DNA of 64,000 nt, from positions 124,001-188,000 of the forward strand of contig JAWMAR010000113.1 of the NCBI GenBank assembly GCA_036785375.1. The letters are read 5' to 3'. Below the pieces are notes generated by a model. That model was not told where the DNA came from. It saw only the letters and a list, made by a program, of their open reading frames with translations, and did not search any database. Position 1 is the stretch's first letter, and every line of letters starts with the position of its first letter. The position numbers and the translations under genes were made by a program. The stretch comes from Leucoraja ocellata (taxonomy: Eukaryota). Below are positions 1 through 13,047 of this stretch, in pieces.

Positions 1-659
1 TTTTTGGCTTGAAAGGGCCATAATGCCACTTAAAATATGCACTGGATATCGGCCTATTATGTAATTATGAGGTTGCCACCCACCCTTTTATTTTGGCAAG
101 CCAGTTTGCTTATTCGAATGGGCTGCTTATTTTTCTATTTTTCAAACTTGGCAATATAAAGTGTTTTTTTTGTCAAAAACAAAAAGGCAGGGTTCAGACT
201 CCCGATGAATTTTGCACAAAAACCAGAGGTAAAGAGTCTCCCAGCTTTCTCATTCGGGAAAATAGTAACAGGCAAGTTCTGTCTAATGTTAACAGTCAAG
301 GAGCAGAAGTTAAAATATGGTATTCACTCAAATTCATTCACATTCACACGCAGTTAGGTATAATGAAACTGAACAGGCAGAGTAATACCTTACTGGGCAA
401 TGAGGGGAAAGCAGAGAGAGAGAATAATTGGACAGAACTTTCAGGTACATTATCCTGGCACAATAGACCCCGTTTTGCATGATGGAAGGATGTACTTCTG
501 ATTGGAAGTCTGTGACCAGTGGTTTGCTACAGGATCAATATTGAGAATGTTATTGTCATTTTTAATATATATTAATGACTTTGTGACCTATTCCTTTTCT
601 CCAGAGTGTTGTGTGAAGTTCTGGCCATCACAGTAGAGGAAGAAAAAAACGATAAAATG

Positions 660-1098
660 CTACTTCCTGCACCCTTGCAGAACTCATGGACTTCATCAAC
701 TTCACCAACAATTTTCATCCTGCACTCAAATTTACTTGGACCATCTCTGACACCTCCTGCCCCTTTCTTGATCTCACAGTCTCCATCACAGGAAATGGAC
801 TATTGACTGATGCCTATTACAAACCCACTGACTCCCACAACTATCTCGACTGCACTTCTTCCCACCCTGCTTCCTGCAAAGACTCTATCCCCTACTCCCA
901 ATTCCTCGGTCCACGCCGCATCTGCGCCCAAGATGAGGTTATCCATGCTAGAACATCCTAGATGTCCTTATTCTTTAGGGAACAGGGGTTCCCCTCTCCC
1001 ATCATAGATGAGGCCCTCACTCATGTCTCCTCAGAACCCCGCAGTTCCACTCTTGCTCCCCTCCCCCTAGTCGCAACAGAGACAGAATCCCTCTAGTT
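660..1098 (+). mobile_element. Penelope-like element (Neptune-like) RT C-terminal fragment
   Basis: FINFTNNFHPALKFT...PFLDL...YYKPTDSHNYLD.TSSHPASCKDSIPYSQFL..RRIC, with an in-frame stop at 959-961. Confidence 0.85.
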
Positions 1099-1400
1099 CA
1101 GCGGTTGGCAACCTAGTTCTGCCTTGGGGCCAGGACGCATGTCTGTGAGCAGATGGCGGGCCACATCTATCATGTGTACACATGGATCTCGCCCCTTCGA
1201 GGACGTCACCTCGCGCGCTGGCCCGTGGTTACAGGTGCTCACGCACCTACGGACCATTGCCTTGGCTCTGTCCTAAAGGCGGTGGCTCAAATACTCACCC
1301 TCACTCGCCCCGGCCTATTGACAACCGGGATACCGGCAGTGAAGCCCAGATACAGAAGGTGCGCGGCCGTGCCGGCGGCTTTGCGTAGGAAGCGGGACAG
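1099..1400. mobile_element. hAT-like non-autonomous element, one terminus only
   Basis: Begins CAGCGGTTGGCAACCT directly after CTCTAGTT (a Charlie-type target). CpG-rich interior. No matching second terminal inverted repeat (TIR) found. Confidence 0.4.
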
Positions 1401-1479
1401 TCAGAGATGTTCATTTCACTGCACATCTCGTATGTGTATGTGACGAATAAACTTGACTTGACTTGATGATTGCAATGAA

Positions 1480-1810
1480 GAGAATGCAGAGAAGATTGTT
1501 GCCTGGATTGGAGGACTTTAGGTAAGCGGAGAGACTGGATAGGCCAGGCTTGTTGTCCCGAGAGTGAAGGAGGCTACTGGTTGTACTGAGAGAGGTGTAT
1601 ACAATGAAGGGAGTGAGGCATTAAATTGCGAGGTAAGGTTTTTTTACTCAGAGTGTGCGGAACTTACTGCCAGTAGAGATGGTGGAATCGATACAATCAC
1701 TTGAGGCAAGACACAGAAGGTTACAGACCAATTGCAGACACATGGGATTAGCGTTGTCATGGACAAGGACCTGTTTCTGCGCTGTACGTCTCTGTGATAC
1801 TCTGACTCTA
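1480..1810 (+). mobile_element. Degenerate CR1 LINE 3' end
   Basis: Decayed CR1 ORF2 end plus ...cctgtttctgcgctgtac...ctctgactcta tail. Confidence 0.65.
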
Positions 1811-1944
1811 ATTTTTAGATTAAAAAAACATCGTCAAGCAAGTGCATATCTGACCTTTGAAGTGGCCATCACTAATTAAAACTTTGGCAGTAAAGGTAGG
1901 AATTTACACCGTTTCTTTTAGGAAATTACCCAAATTTTCCACCA

Positions 1945-2112
1945 ATCTTTGCACCATCTGCATTTAATGCCATTTGCCATTCTTTAGCCCATTCATGTAG
2001 CTGATGAGGATCATGCAGTAATTCTTGATAATCTTCTCCTCTGTCTGTGAAACCACATATTTTAGAGTCCTCTGCAAACTTAGTAACCATTCCTTGTACG
2101 TTCTCATCCAAA
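1945..2112 (-). mobile_element. CR1 LINE RT fragment
   Basis: DENVQGMVTKFAEDSKI...WAKEWQMALNA, a decayed FADD motif. Confidence 0.75.
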
Positions 2113-2900
2113 TCTATATTACTAAAAGTCTACGGTCGTCATTTTTGGCCACCTCGATCAGAGCCCACGTCTGCCTTCATATACCAGATTATTTTTCCCA
2201 TCGATGAAAAATCAGAGAGAAATTAATGTTTAAAAAAAATTCACCATTATCTCTGCTGCCCCTGCTGGAGGGAGGGGGAGGGACTATAAAACCAGGAGGT
2301 GGTGTGCCTCAATCAGTCTCTGCAAGATGGAGGTCACTCCACTCTGAATGACACTGAATAAATGTCTACACAACTGTGAGTACCCTTAATGTGGTTTGAA
2401 AATGAAAATTTGGTTAGTTTGAAGTAAAAAAGCACTGCCTGCAAATGGTTGTTTGGGGGGTTTGGATTGAAGTAAAAAGGCACTCTCTCTCTCTCTCCCC
2501 TCCTCTCTCTCTCCCTATCCCTCTCTCTTTCTATCTCTCCCCCCCCCCCCTGTCTCTCTCCATTTCTCTCTCTCCTTTTCTCTCTCTCCCCTCCTCTCTC
2601 TCCCCACCTCTCACCCCATACCCCCCTCTCCTCTTTCCCCCCCCTCTCCTCTCCCCCCTCCTCTCTCTTCCCCCCCCTCCTCTCTCCTCTCCCCCCCTCT
2701 CTCCTGCCCCCCTCTCCCCCCTTCTCTCCCCCCTCTCCCCTCCCCCCCTCTCCCCTCCCCCCCTCTCCCCTCCCCCCCCCTCTCCACCCCCCTCCCCTCT
2801 CCTCTCCTCTCCCCCCTCCTCCTCTCCCCCCTCCTCCTCTCCCCCTCCTCCTCTCCCCCCCTCCTCCCTCTCCCCCCCTCCCCCCCCACCTCCTCCTCTC
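2113..2900 (+). mobile_element. Possible non-autonomous Helitron-like insertion ending in a polypyrimidine tract
   Basis: Starts A|TCTATATTACTAAAA where the CR1 fragment breaks off. No 3' hairpin or CTAG terminus identified. Confidence 0.35.
2483..2900. repeat. About 420-bp C/T low-complexity tract
   Basis: Almost purely CT, CCT and CCCCT units. Source of the spurious Pro-rich and Gly/Arg/Glu-rich ORFs. Confidence 0.95.
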
Positions 2901-3327
2901 TGTAGCACGCAACTGATAATGAGTCTCCAACAACCCATTCTGCTTCCTACCAGACATACAGATTGCGACACATACAGATATATTCAATCTGTAGTCTTGG
3001 TTTTCTATACAATTTGATGACTTATCTCCAGGAGCAGATGGAAACGCAACTGTATTTCTTGGATCCCTGGAGCCAGCAGGGCATTTTGAGATGGGAAGAG
3101 GTGCGTAGATCTGATACATAGGAACTAGGGTCTTTACATGTTAGCTGATATCTAATGCTAGAAACAAATATTAGCTTTGTGCCCCTTGGTATAGCTCGTC
3201 ATCTCCTCTTGACCCACAAGCAGTGCTATGAAGGCACCTTTTCTACCAATCTTGGGACTTACTTAGTGGCATGAGAAAACTAACTGCTTGAGGTTAAAGC
3301 AGAAGATTAATTAATTATACTGATGAT

Positions 3328-3862
3328 AGAGACAAAATGCTGGAGTAACTCAGCGGGTCAGGCAGCATCTCTGGAGAAAAGGAATAGGTGACATTTTGGG
3401 TCAAGACCCTTCTTCTGACCCTTCTTCGTCAGAAGTTGGGTCGCGATCCGAAACATCACCTATTCAATAGATATTAGACAATAGACAATAGGTGCAGGAG
3501 TAGGCCATTCGGCCCTTCGAGCCAGCACCGCCATTCATTGTGATCATGGCTGATCATCCACATTCAGTACCCCTTCTCACCATATCCTCTGACCCGGCTA
3601 TCTTTAAGAGCTTTATTTAACTCTCTCTTGAAAGCATCAGGAGAATTGGCCTCCACTGCCTTCTGAGGCAGAGAATCCCACAGATTCACAACTCTCTGGG
3701 TGAAAAAGTTTTTCCTCATCTCTGTTCTAAATTGTCAACCCCTGATTCTTATTCTTACCCCAATTCCTTTTCTCCAGAGATGTTGCCTGACCCGCTGAGT
3801 TACTCCAGCATTTTAGGTCCATCTTCAGTGTTAACCAGCATTTGCAGTTTCCATCCTACACA
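3328..3862. mobile_element. Fold-back Penelope 3' repeat interrupted by a minus-strand CR1 3' end (about 3470-3735)
   Basis: gacaaaatgctggagtaactcagcgggtcaggcagcatctctggag...; the inverse arm resumes at about 3763. The CR1 has an (ATAGACA)n tail. Confidence 0.75.
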
Positions 3863-3877
3863 TCCTATTAATGATAC

Positions 3878-4077
3878 NNNNNNNNNNNNNNNNNNNNNNN
3901 NNNNNNNNNNNNNNNNNNNNNNNNNNNNNNNNNNNNNNNNNNNNNNNNNNNNNNNNNNNNNNNNNNNNNNNNNNNNNNNNNNNNNNNNNNNNNNNNNNNN
4001 NNNNNNNNNNNNNNNNNNNNNNNNNNNNNNNNNNNNNNNNNNNNNNNNNNNNNNNNNNNNNNNNNNNNNNNNNNNNN
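3878..4077. other. Assembly gap (200 N)
   Basis: Run of N. Confidence 1.
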
Positions 4078-5199
4078 TTTTATGACAAAAACAGGGATGT
4101 TTGCTACTGCAGACATTCCACACGAGAGCCGTCACCATGATCTCACATGCTGGAACAGCACCAGCTCCCCTTAGCTACAGTAACGACGCCATCTGGCGTC
4201 TTTATAGAAGCAGTGAGGAAAATCCTAAGTGAAGGATTCAGCCTTCAGCGAAAAAAATTTCCAACTTTTTTTTTTTTTTCTACTCTCTGCCTTTTTAATG
4301 GACTTATAAATAAATCCAATAGGTTGATATGAGTGGCGTTTTTTTCTGGTGGGTTTATCACGTGCCATCTTAACTTTATGGAAGAAAGGCACAACTTGCT
4401 GGAGTAACTCAGCGGGTCATGCAACACCCCTGGAGATCGTGGATGGGTGATGTTTCGGGTCGGGACCCTTCGTCAGACTGCTTTTAACATTATGGAATGC
4501 TAGATGCCACACACAAGTGATGGTCACCATGAAATCCAACCATCCACTGTATTTTTTTATTAAATGTTTCAAATTGATTTATCTATTCCCAATAAAAAAA
4601 AATCTGAATCCACACTGACGGGATTTATAAGCCATAAAATTGAGGATTTATTCGTATGATATTCTGCTGCACATTCTTGACTATGTGCCACAACCCATGA
4701 ACAAATATGGCTGCCAATGCACAAGTCAAGATGATGTACGCTATGCTTCGAATAAATTAAATGCCAAGTTTGGATGCAGGCGCCTTTATGGAAATTTTAT
4801 TTTCTGCACTTTAGTTTTATGTTTCTGAATGCTTCAGGACTGATTTAAGGAGTCACTAGGGATGAGCACTCAATCTGAAGGTAGATGTAATCCAATCCCA
4901 CACTATTCTCTTTGAATTATTTAATGAAAATCCATGCCTGTCTGCTCTGACAACATTCCAGTCCGAACTACTTTTAAATACCGAATAAAGTTATGTGCCT
5001 GCCCACAGATTGTGTGTGTGCCACCTATCACTCTGTCCATTTCACCACAATATGTGTACACAAATATCGTCGTAGCTCAAGTCACAGCACTATTTGATAC
5101 AAAAAGGTTTTCACCATTACTTTGTTTTTTCCCCCCTCTCTCTCTAACTTTGGAATCTACCACAATATTTTATGCCATCATCTAATGTTTGATGTAGAA

Positions 5200-5400
5200 A
5201 TAAATAATTGTAGATGCTGGTTAATACACAATAGTGCACAAAATGCTACAATGTCTCAGGAGAGCATGGGTAGATGACGTTTGGGGTCGAGACCCTTCTT
5301 CAGAATGGCCTCACGAAGGGTCTTGACCCGAAAGGTCACCTCTCCATGTTCTCCAGAGATGCAGCCTGACCTGCTGAGTTACTCCAACACTTTGTGTCTC
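5200..5400. mobile_element. Fold-back Penelope 3' repeat
   Basis: Inverted arms around gacccttcttcag / gaagggtcttgacccgaaa. Confidence 0.7.
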
Positions 5401-5774
5401 GAATGTTTGATGTTAGTTTTGAGTCAATGGATTTCTTGACATCTGATGGCTTTCTTGCTGGTTTGCTTTCAGTTCGCTGAAGTTACCACTAGTTTGGCAA
5501 TTACAGCATTTAATTCTATGATAAATAAGTGATGTATGTTCATTAATTTTTTTCACCACTTGTTCTCAAGTAAGACTATGATGTCTAGTCTTGTGTAGTG
5601 ATATGTACAGATATGGTTGATTAGGCCAATCTGGGATCTAAAGTTCCTTTCCATACAGATAACAGAGGTGCAGGGATGCTGTGGCATTAGTGGTTCTTGA
5701 TTTTTGAGATTCTCTCTTTGTTTCCTCCATTCTAGCTTCCTCGTTTGAGCAAGCTCAGCTTTTTAACATCAGAG

Positions 5775-6125
5775 TTTATGGGGAGAAGGCGGGAGAATGG
5801 TATTAATAGACAATAGACATTAGACAATAGGTGCAGGAGTAGGCCATTTGGCCCTTCGAGCCATCACCGCCATTTAATGTTATCATGGCCGATCATCCCC
5901 AATCAGTACCCCATTCCTGCCTTCTCCCCATATCCCCTGACTCCGCTATTTTTAAGAGCCCGATCTAGCTCTCTCTTGAAAGCATCCAGAGAACCTGCCT
6001 CCACCGCCCTCTGAGGCAGAGAATTCCACAGACAGTGTTGAGAGGGAAAAATAGATCAGCCATGACTGAATGGCGGAGCACACTCGATGGGATGAATGGC
6101 CTAATTCTGTCCTTATGTCTTACGG
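5775..6125. mobile_element. CR1 3' end (+) with nested CR1 3' end (-, about 5806-6030)
   Basis: Typical CR1 3' UTR gatcagccatga...gaatggcgg...gaatggcct in both orientations. Confidence 0.75.
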
Positions 6126-6139
6126 AACACAAACAGGAC

Positions 6140-6680
6140 GATCCAATCCTTGTTGTTCGAAGTGGTGTGTGTTACTGGTGAAACTCTTCAAGGATGCTCG
6201 AAGTGACTCTTCAAACTGTTTTTCTGCCCAGCATATGATCAGTTGTCCTCCGTCAGCTCTCTGCTAAGTGGCTCCTATGGCATCCTGACAGCAGTCTTCT
6301 GACATGTCCTGCCCGCCCGATCTGTGTTTCTTTCAGCAACGTGGAGATGCAGGGGAGTGTTGTCTGGGACACAATCTGTGTGTCTGGAATCTTGTCTTGC
6401 CACTTGAAGTGAAGCATTCTGCGTAGACAGGTCATATGGAAGTAGTTAAGCTGTCTGCAGTGTCTGCTGTACACTATCCATGTCTCAGGCATAGAGTAAT
6501 GTGACTCTGACAACAGCACGATACACCTTCAAGCTGGTCTCTAGGCTGATTCCTCCTCATCCCCTGAACTTTGTTTTCAAAACCAGAACTGACGTTTCTA
6601 CCCTGTTGTTGTCTTCGTCATCGATGTTGACTGATCTTGAGAGAGTTTTGCCGACGGACGTGAACTTGTCCACTACTGAA
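6140..6680 (-). mobile_element. RTE-clade (BovB-like) LINE RT C-terminal fragment
   Basis: ETWIVYSRHCRQLNYFHMTCLRRMLHFKWQDKIPDTQI...AGHVRRL, typical of the RTE-BovB ORF end. Confidence 0.75.
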
Positions 6681-6839
6681 AGCCTCGGACATGGATGTTT
6701 TGGGAAGGAAACTGCAGATGCCGGTTTAAACCAAAGACAGACACAAAAATCTGGAGCAACTCAGCGAGACAGAGAGCGTCTCTGGAGAGAAGGAATGGGT
6801 GACGTTTCGGGTCAGAAGGGTCTGAAGAAGGGTCTCGGG

Positions 6840-8530
6840 CACCATCACAGAATATGGAACAGTATAACACAGGAACGGGCCCTTCGGTCCACAATGTTTG
6901 TGCCGAACATGATGCCAAGTTAAACTGATCCATATCCCTCCATTCCCTGCACTTCCATATGCCTATCTATAAGCCTCTTAAATGCCACAATTGTCTCCTC
7001 CACCACTCCTGGCGATGGGTTCCTGGTCTCCATTGCCCTGTGTAAAAAACTTGCTCTGCACATCTCTATTATATTTTCCTCCTCTCACCTTATAGTGCCC
7101 TCTAGTGGCCATTTGCACCATGCGAATAAAGGTTCTGACTGTCTACCATATCTATGCCTTTCATAATTTTACATCCTTCTATCAAGTCTCCCTTCATATG
7201 TATGCCTTTCATAATATTATATTGTTCTATCAAGTCTCCCTTCAATCTCTGACATTCTAGTGAAAACAATTCAACTCTATCCTGAATCGATGTCTATCTG
7301 TGTCTGAAGAAGGTTCTTGACCCGAAACGTCGCCCATTCCTTCTCTCCAGAGATGCTGCCTCACCCGCAGAGTTACTCCACCATTTGTGTCTACCTTCAG
7401 CTTTATCCTGTGGAATTCTATAGTCTGTGGAATTCTCTGCCTCAGAGGGCGGTGGAGGCAAGTTCTTTGGATGCTTTCAAGAGAGAGTTAGATAGGGCTC
7501 TTAAAAATAGCGGAGTCAGGGGATATGGGGAGAAGGCAGGAACGGGGTACTGATTGGGGATGATCAGCCATGATCACATTGAATGGCGGTGCTGACTCGA
7601 AGGGCCAAATGGACTACTCCTGCACCTATTGTCTATTATCTATGATCTATTATTATCTATCCAATCTCTCCCTGTGGATAAAACCCTCCAATCTAAGTAG
7701 CATCCTGGAAAATCACCTCTGCACCCTCTCCAAAGCCTCCACATATTTCTTGTAATGGGACCAGAACTGCACGCAATATTCCAAAATGCTATAGAGCTGG
7801 GTCAGGACTTCCTGACATATTCAATGCAATGAAGGCAAGCAAACCATATGCCTCCTTACCACATAATCTACTTCTGCTGCCACCTATGAACTCCAAGATC
7901 CCTCTGCACATCAATGCTGTTTAAGGGTCTTGCCATTAACAATATACTCTTCCCTTGCAAAGGTTTACCCTCCCCATCAGTTTTGTATGTTAGTTTGATC
8001 CCTATTGAAGCTGAGCCTATCGCCATTTGCATCTGTTCATTGAGGTACAAGTACTATGAAACTCTTGCTTGCATCAACATCACATGCATGTAGATTCAAT
8101 CAACACACATAAACATCAATTGTATATAAATTGCACATAAGTAAAATATTGTCCCTCAGGTTCATATTAAATCTTTACCCTCTCACCTTAAACCTATGCT
8201 CTCGTGTTCTTGAATCCCCTACTCGGGTTAAAAGACTCTGCACATTTAGCCGGTATATTCCTTTCATGATCTTAAATCCTCTGTGCATTTACCCGATCTA
8301 TACCTCTATATGCCTCATCCTCCTGCTCTCCAAAGAATATTGTCCTAGCCTGCCCAACCTCTCTTTATAGCCCATGCACCCGAGTTATGGCAACGCCCAT
8401 ATAAATCATCTCTGTACCCACCTTCCAGCTTAATATCTTTCTAATAGCAAGGTGCCCAAAACTGAACACAATACTCCAAATGAGGCCTCACAATGTCTCG
8501 TACAACTGTAACATAACCTCCCAACCTCTG
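6840..8530 (-). mobile_element. Old CR1 LINE fragments with nested Penelope (about 7300-7400) and CR1 3' end (+, about 7420-7640)
   Basis: Minus-strand CR1 ORF2 remnants. The insert encodes SLWNSLPQRAVEASSLDAFKRELD...GYGEKAGTGY. Confidence 0.7.
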
Positions 8531-8727
8531 TGTGATGGCTAAAGTAATGGATGGCGAAAGGTTTCCAACGAATTCTTAGTCACCAATGGTACAGAACAAA
8601 ACTGTTGTGCTTGCCCCCACATATTCATTATAAATTAAATTCTCATTACAATGAAGTATATTCCAGTCAAGCAGTGGAGTGGTAACCTGAAATATAAGGT
8701 AGATTTAACAAATGTCATTATGAAACG

Positions 8728-9036
8728 TCGGCACGGTGGTGCAGCGGTAGAGTTGCTGCCTTACAGCACTTTCAGCGCCAGAGACGCGGGTTCAATCCCG
8801 ACTACCGGTGCTGTCTGTACGTTCTCCCTGTGACCACGTGGGTTTTCTCCGAGATCTTCGGTTTCCTCCCACACTCCAAAGACGTACCAGTTAGTAGTCG
8901 AACTGACGGTATAAATGTAAATTGGCGCTAGTGTGTGTAGGATCATATTAATGTGCGGGGATCGCCGGTCGGTACGGACTTGGTGGGCCGAGTGGCCTGA
9001 TTCTGTGCTGTTTCTATCTCTAAACTAAAACGAAAC
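8728..9036 (+). mobile_element. tRNA-derived V-SINE (HE1-like)
   Basis: A box tggtgcagcgg, B box ggttcaatccc, V-domain core (gttctccctgtgaccacgtgggttttctcc), CR1-like tail with (CTAAA)n. Confidence 0.9.
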
Positions 9037-9702
9037 AAAGTCATAAAATATAAAATGGTCATGCTTAACATTTGACTGCTGGCCATATCTATTGTTTTTA
9101 TGTTGCAAACTGAGATGTTCATACTTGCTCCTCTAGCCTGCTCTAAGCTTCCTGTGTCTCATTGCAAACCAACTGAGCAATCAAAATATAATGTCAATAA
9201 CAATAGCACTTCATTTTTCTCCCGTTCTCTCCTCTTGGTTGGACATTTTATTGTATCCAGCCTCATCTAAAACTCAAGGCCAAGAGAATAGGGGCAGGCA
9301 TGCAAACCCCCTGCAGAACAATCCTGGAGTGTCTGAGGCCAATGCTACATCTCTTCAACAGCCTAATTTGTGTTCTTGTTGGCAGCTCATTATGTTGTTA
9401 AACTTTCTGCACAGTCTACACAAAGTGGCTACTCTTGGCTATAAATGGAACGTTCTCATGGGATTTCTCTTGCAGGGAGATATGGTAATGTAGTGGTTAT
9501 GTCACTGAACTGACGATCAACAGACAGAAATTCAAATGCCACCACAGTAGCTGAAGAATTTTACTTCAGTTTATTAGAAAAATCGAGCCATAGAGCTATA
9601 CAACATGGAACAGACACTTTGGCCCAATCCATCCATGCTAAGAATTAATAGATCAAGTGGGTTCTTGTTAATAACCCATCTAGCATGCTTACCCAGACTA
9701 TT

Positions 9703-10008
9703 CGGTTTCGTTTTTCTTAGTTTGGAGATACAGCATGGAAACAGGCCCTTCAGCCCACCAAATCCACGTTGACCACCAATCACCCATTGACATTAGTTCC
9801 ATGCTATCCCACTTTCACATCCACTCCCGATACACTAGGGACAATCTAGAGAGGCCAATTATTCTACAAACCTGCATGCATTTGGGTTGTGGGAGGAAAC
9901 TGGAGCACCTGCAGGAAACCCACGAGGTCTCAGGGAGAACGTGCAAACTCTGCACAGACAGCACCCAAGGTGAGGATCGGAACAAGCCTGCCACTCCGGT
10001 GCTGTAAG
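9703..10008 (-). mobile_element. V-SINE (HE1-like)
   Basis: Reverse-complement V-domain and tail. Confidence 0.8.
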
Positions 10009-11014
10009 GTTATATGAGGTTGTATGTGAAGTTGTATTGGGACCACAAGAGTGGAGAAACAAAGAAGGCAAAAGTTTAGGATATTGCCAGTTACTAAAAC
10101 CAGCTGTCAAATGACCGCCAGATCTTAGTGGGTTACACACAAATCTTTGTGATCTGTCCCTTCCAAATGCCTAATATGCATTTGGGTATTTAATAGTAAG
10201 TAATTGACCAAAGTTTTATGTTTCACTTTTTGCCACAAGCACAAATATAGTTGAATATTCATAATGCAAAATCTATTAAGATGAAAAACACTATCGACAC
10301 TTGCATGAGAGATTGAGGCTATTTAGAATGCATGAGCACAATATCCAGTGTGTGTAACCATGTAAACTAAGGCAAATACTGGGCCAGATGTGAACAACCT
10401 CTCAGTTTGGCTGTGGGACACTGCAAATGCAACACATAAAACAGCTGGGATCCAGGGGTGGAGCTGGTTTAATGTAATCCATGTGGTAGGACCCTGCCTG
10501 CTTATTTAGGTGTACTTTAAAGAACTCAGCATTCCTTAAAAGCAAAGACCTCTCCCATGACCTAATCACCAGCACCAAAACAATGTTAACCTATTATTCC
10601 GAACTCAAGCATCACCTGTCCATGTTCTCCAGAGATATTGCCTGAAAGTGCTGAGTGACTCCAATACTTTGTGTCTATTTATTTGTAAACCAGCATCTGC
10701 AGTTCCTTGTTTCTATATTCATCTCACTGCCCATTATGATTTGTTACTAGTTGTTAGAGTTGCCTCTATAACAGTTCCCACTATACTGTCGACATAAAAT
10801 TATTTTTTCTGAATGAATGAGGCTGACACTATAACACGATTTTAAAGAAAGTGGACAGGTACATGGATAGGTAAGGTTTAGAGGGATTTGGGCCATATGT
10901 CAGCATCTGATACTGTCATAGATGGGGCATTTTGGTCGGTGTGGACAAGTTTGACCGAAGAGCCTGTTTCCTTGCTGTATATCTCTGTAACTTCATTCAG
11001 AACTGACTTAAGGA

Positions 11015-11250
11015 ATCAGTCTGATGAAGGGTCTCGACCAAAAACGTCACCTTTTCCTTTCCTCCAGAGGTGCTGCCTGACCCGCTGAGTTACTCCAGCA
11101 TTTTGTGTCTATCTTCGTTATGAACCAGCATCTGCAGTTCCTTCTTACACTTTCACCGTCTGAAGAAGGGTTTCGGTCCGAAACGTTGCTTATTTCCTTT
11201 GCTCCATAGATGCTGCCACACCCGCTGAGTTTCTCCAGCACTTTTGTCTA
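11015..11250 (+). mobile_element. Two tandem Penelope 3' repeats with hammerhead-like cores
   Basis: ctgatgaagggtctcgaccaaaaacgtc at 11021 and ctgaagaagggtttcggtccgaaacgtt at 11160. Confidence 0.75.
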
Positions 11251-11710
11251 CATAGAAACATAGAAAATAGGTGCAGGCGTAGGCCATTTGGCCCTTCGAG
11301 CCTGCATCGCCATTCAATATGACCATGGCTGATCATCCAACTCAGTATCCTGTACCTGCCTTCTCTCCATACCCCCTGATCCCTTTAGTCACAAGGGCCA
11401 CATCTAACTCCCTCGTAAATATAGCCAATGAACTGGCCTCAACTACCTTCTGTGGCAGAGAATTCCAGTGATTCACCAGTCTCTGTGTGAAAAATGTTTT
11501 TCCCATCTCAGTCCTAAACGATTTTCCCTTTATCCTTAAACTGTGATCCCTTGTTCTGGACTTCCCCAACATCGGGAACAATCTTCCTGCATCTAGCCTG
11601 TCCAACCCCTTAAGAATTTTGTAAGTTTCTATAAGATCCCCCCTCAATCTTCTAAATTCTAGCGCGTACAAGCCGAGTCTATCCAGTCTTTCTTCATATG
11701 AAAGTCCTGA
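11251..11710 (-). mobile_element. CR1 LINE 3' end, young subfamily
   Basis: GLSYEERLDRLGLY.LEFRRLRGDLIETYKIL...GYGEKAGTGY plus (TTTCTATG)n tail. Confidence 0.93.
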
Positions 11711-12174
11711 AAAAATCAGTCGCTTGAAGCAGTTAGAGACTCTAAACAGCATTCTTCTCCCACTACTCTATTGAAAAATATATCCCATTCCCAGCATCAC
11801 TCGCCTTATATAATGTAACATGGATTTGGGAAATGTTCCTTCTTCAGAGGAATGAAGAGAACAAAGATTCTGATGTTATATTACCCGTTCAGACTCTCTG
11901 TGTTGGAGGTCAGCACTGTGGTAAAGCTGTAAGTTATCTGGCACTGCCTGTTGGGTGTGCTGTAACACAACTGTAGCTACTTCACCCAGCAGAACTCCAT
12001 CGTGGATTTTTTTTAATCCATTATTCAAAAGGAAACACATTTTAAAGATCACGTCCTGCAAAAACAAAGATCATTCCCATTTAGTTAGTGATCACCTATT
12101 AACATTCATGATTACCTCTGATTTCATCAGGTATCATGCAGCAGTTTCCCAATGGAAAATAAAATATATTTAGA

Positions 12175-12380
12175 CGCAAGGAACTAAACAGCTGGTTTAC
12201 AAAGGAAGACACAAAGTGCCGGAGCAACTCAGCGGGTCAGGCAGCATCTCTGGAGAACATGGGTGGGTGACCTTTCGGGTCGAGTCTGTAGAAGGGTCCC
12301 GACCCGAAACATCACCTATTCATTTTCTCACGAGATGCAGCCTGACCCGCTGAGTTACTCCAGCACATTGTGCCCTTTGT
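12175..12380. mobile_element. Fold-back Penelope 3' repeat
   Basis: Inverted arms meeting at tttcgggtcgagtctgtagaagggtcccgacccgaaac. Confidence 0.75.
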
Positions 12381-13047
12381 AAAAATATATTTATCATTCT
12401 ATACAGGCCCCATATCAAGTATTTTTTTTGTGTTTATTACCGGGGGTGAGAAGCATGGAATGGCTCTGTGCAGAAATCCACCATGCCATAATGCAGATAC
12501 AGTTCTATAATTTTTAAAATGCACTTCCCAAATTATTCCATTTAAGCCAATAATTCTCTGACAATACCTGGAGTCACATTGAAATTATAACATGGAAATG
12601 GGTCGTTCAGCTCAACCTGTCCATGTTGGCATTTATCTTCCATGTATTTAACAGTACAGAAAACAATATTCTGACCAATATAGACTTAACTTTCCCATCC
12701 CTCAACTGCATATTCTTAAATGGAAATACTGCCCATGTTTTAATCATGATACATTTTGCAGCTCGTATATTCTTATATTCATATATTCTTGCATATATAC
12801 AGAAGTTCATCTCTAATTTTTGATCAAACCAAGGACCCATACCCATCCTCCTCCACTACTGGTGAAAATAGTTTAAATCTTTTATGTCTTTGTCCTGATT
12901 GCTTCAGCTGCTTTCTTACCAGTCCGCCCAAGTGGCCCAGACCAGCTTCCTTGCACCTCCGACCCCCATGTTCTGAACACTGAGAAAAGTACACAAAGTG
13001 CTGGAGTAAATCAGCGGGTCAGGCAGCAACTCCGGAGAACATGGATA

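Noticed and set aside
2334-3119. Long Gly/Arg/Glu-rich and Pro/Ser/Leu-rich ORFs
   Set aside because: Artefacts of the C/T low-complexity tract. No domain or splice support.
7153-7245. Tandem duplication of about 45 bp
   Set aside because: Local duplication inside a decayed CR1 copy with no sign of function.
9475-9570. Old tRNA-like SINE head, and weak Deu-like traces near 4860, 11900 and 60850
   Set aside because: Too diverged to support by eye. A profile-HMM search would be needed.
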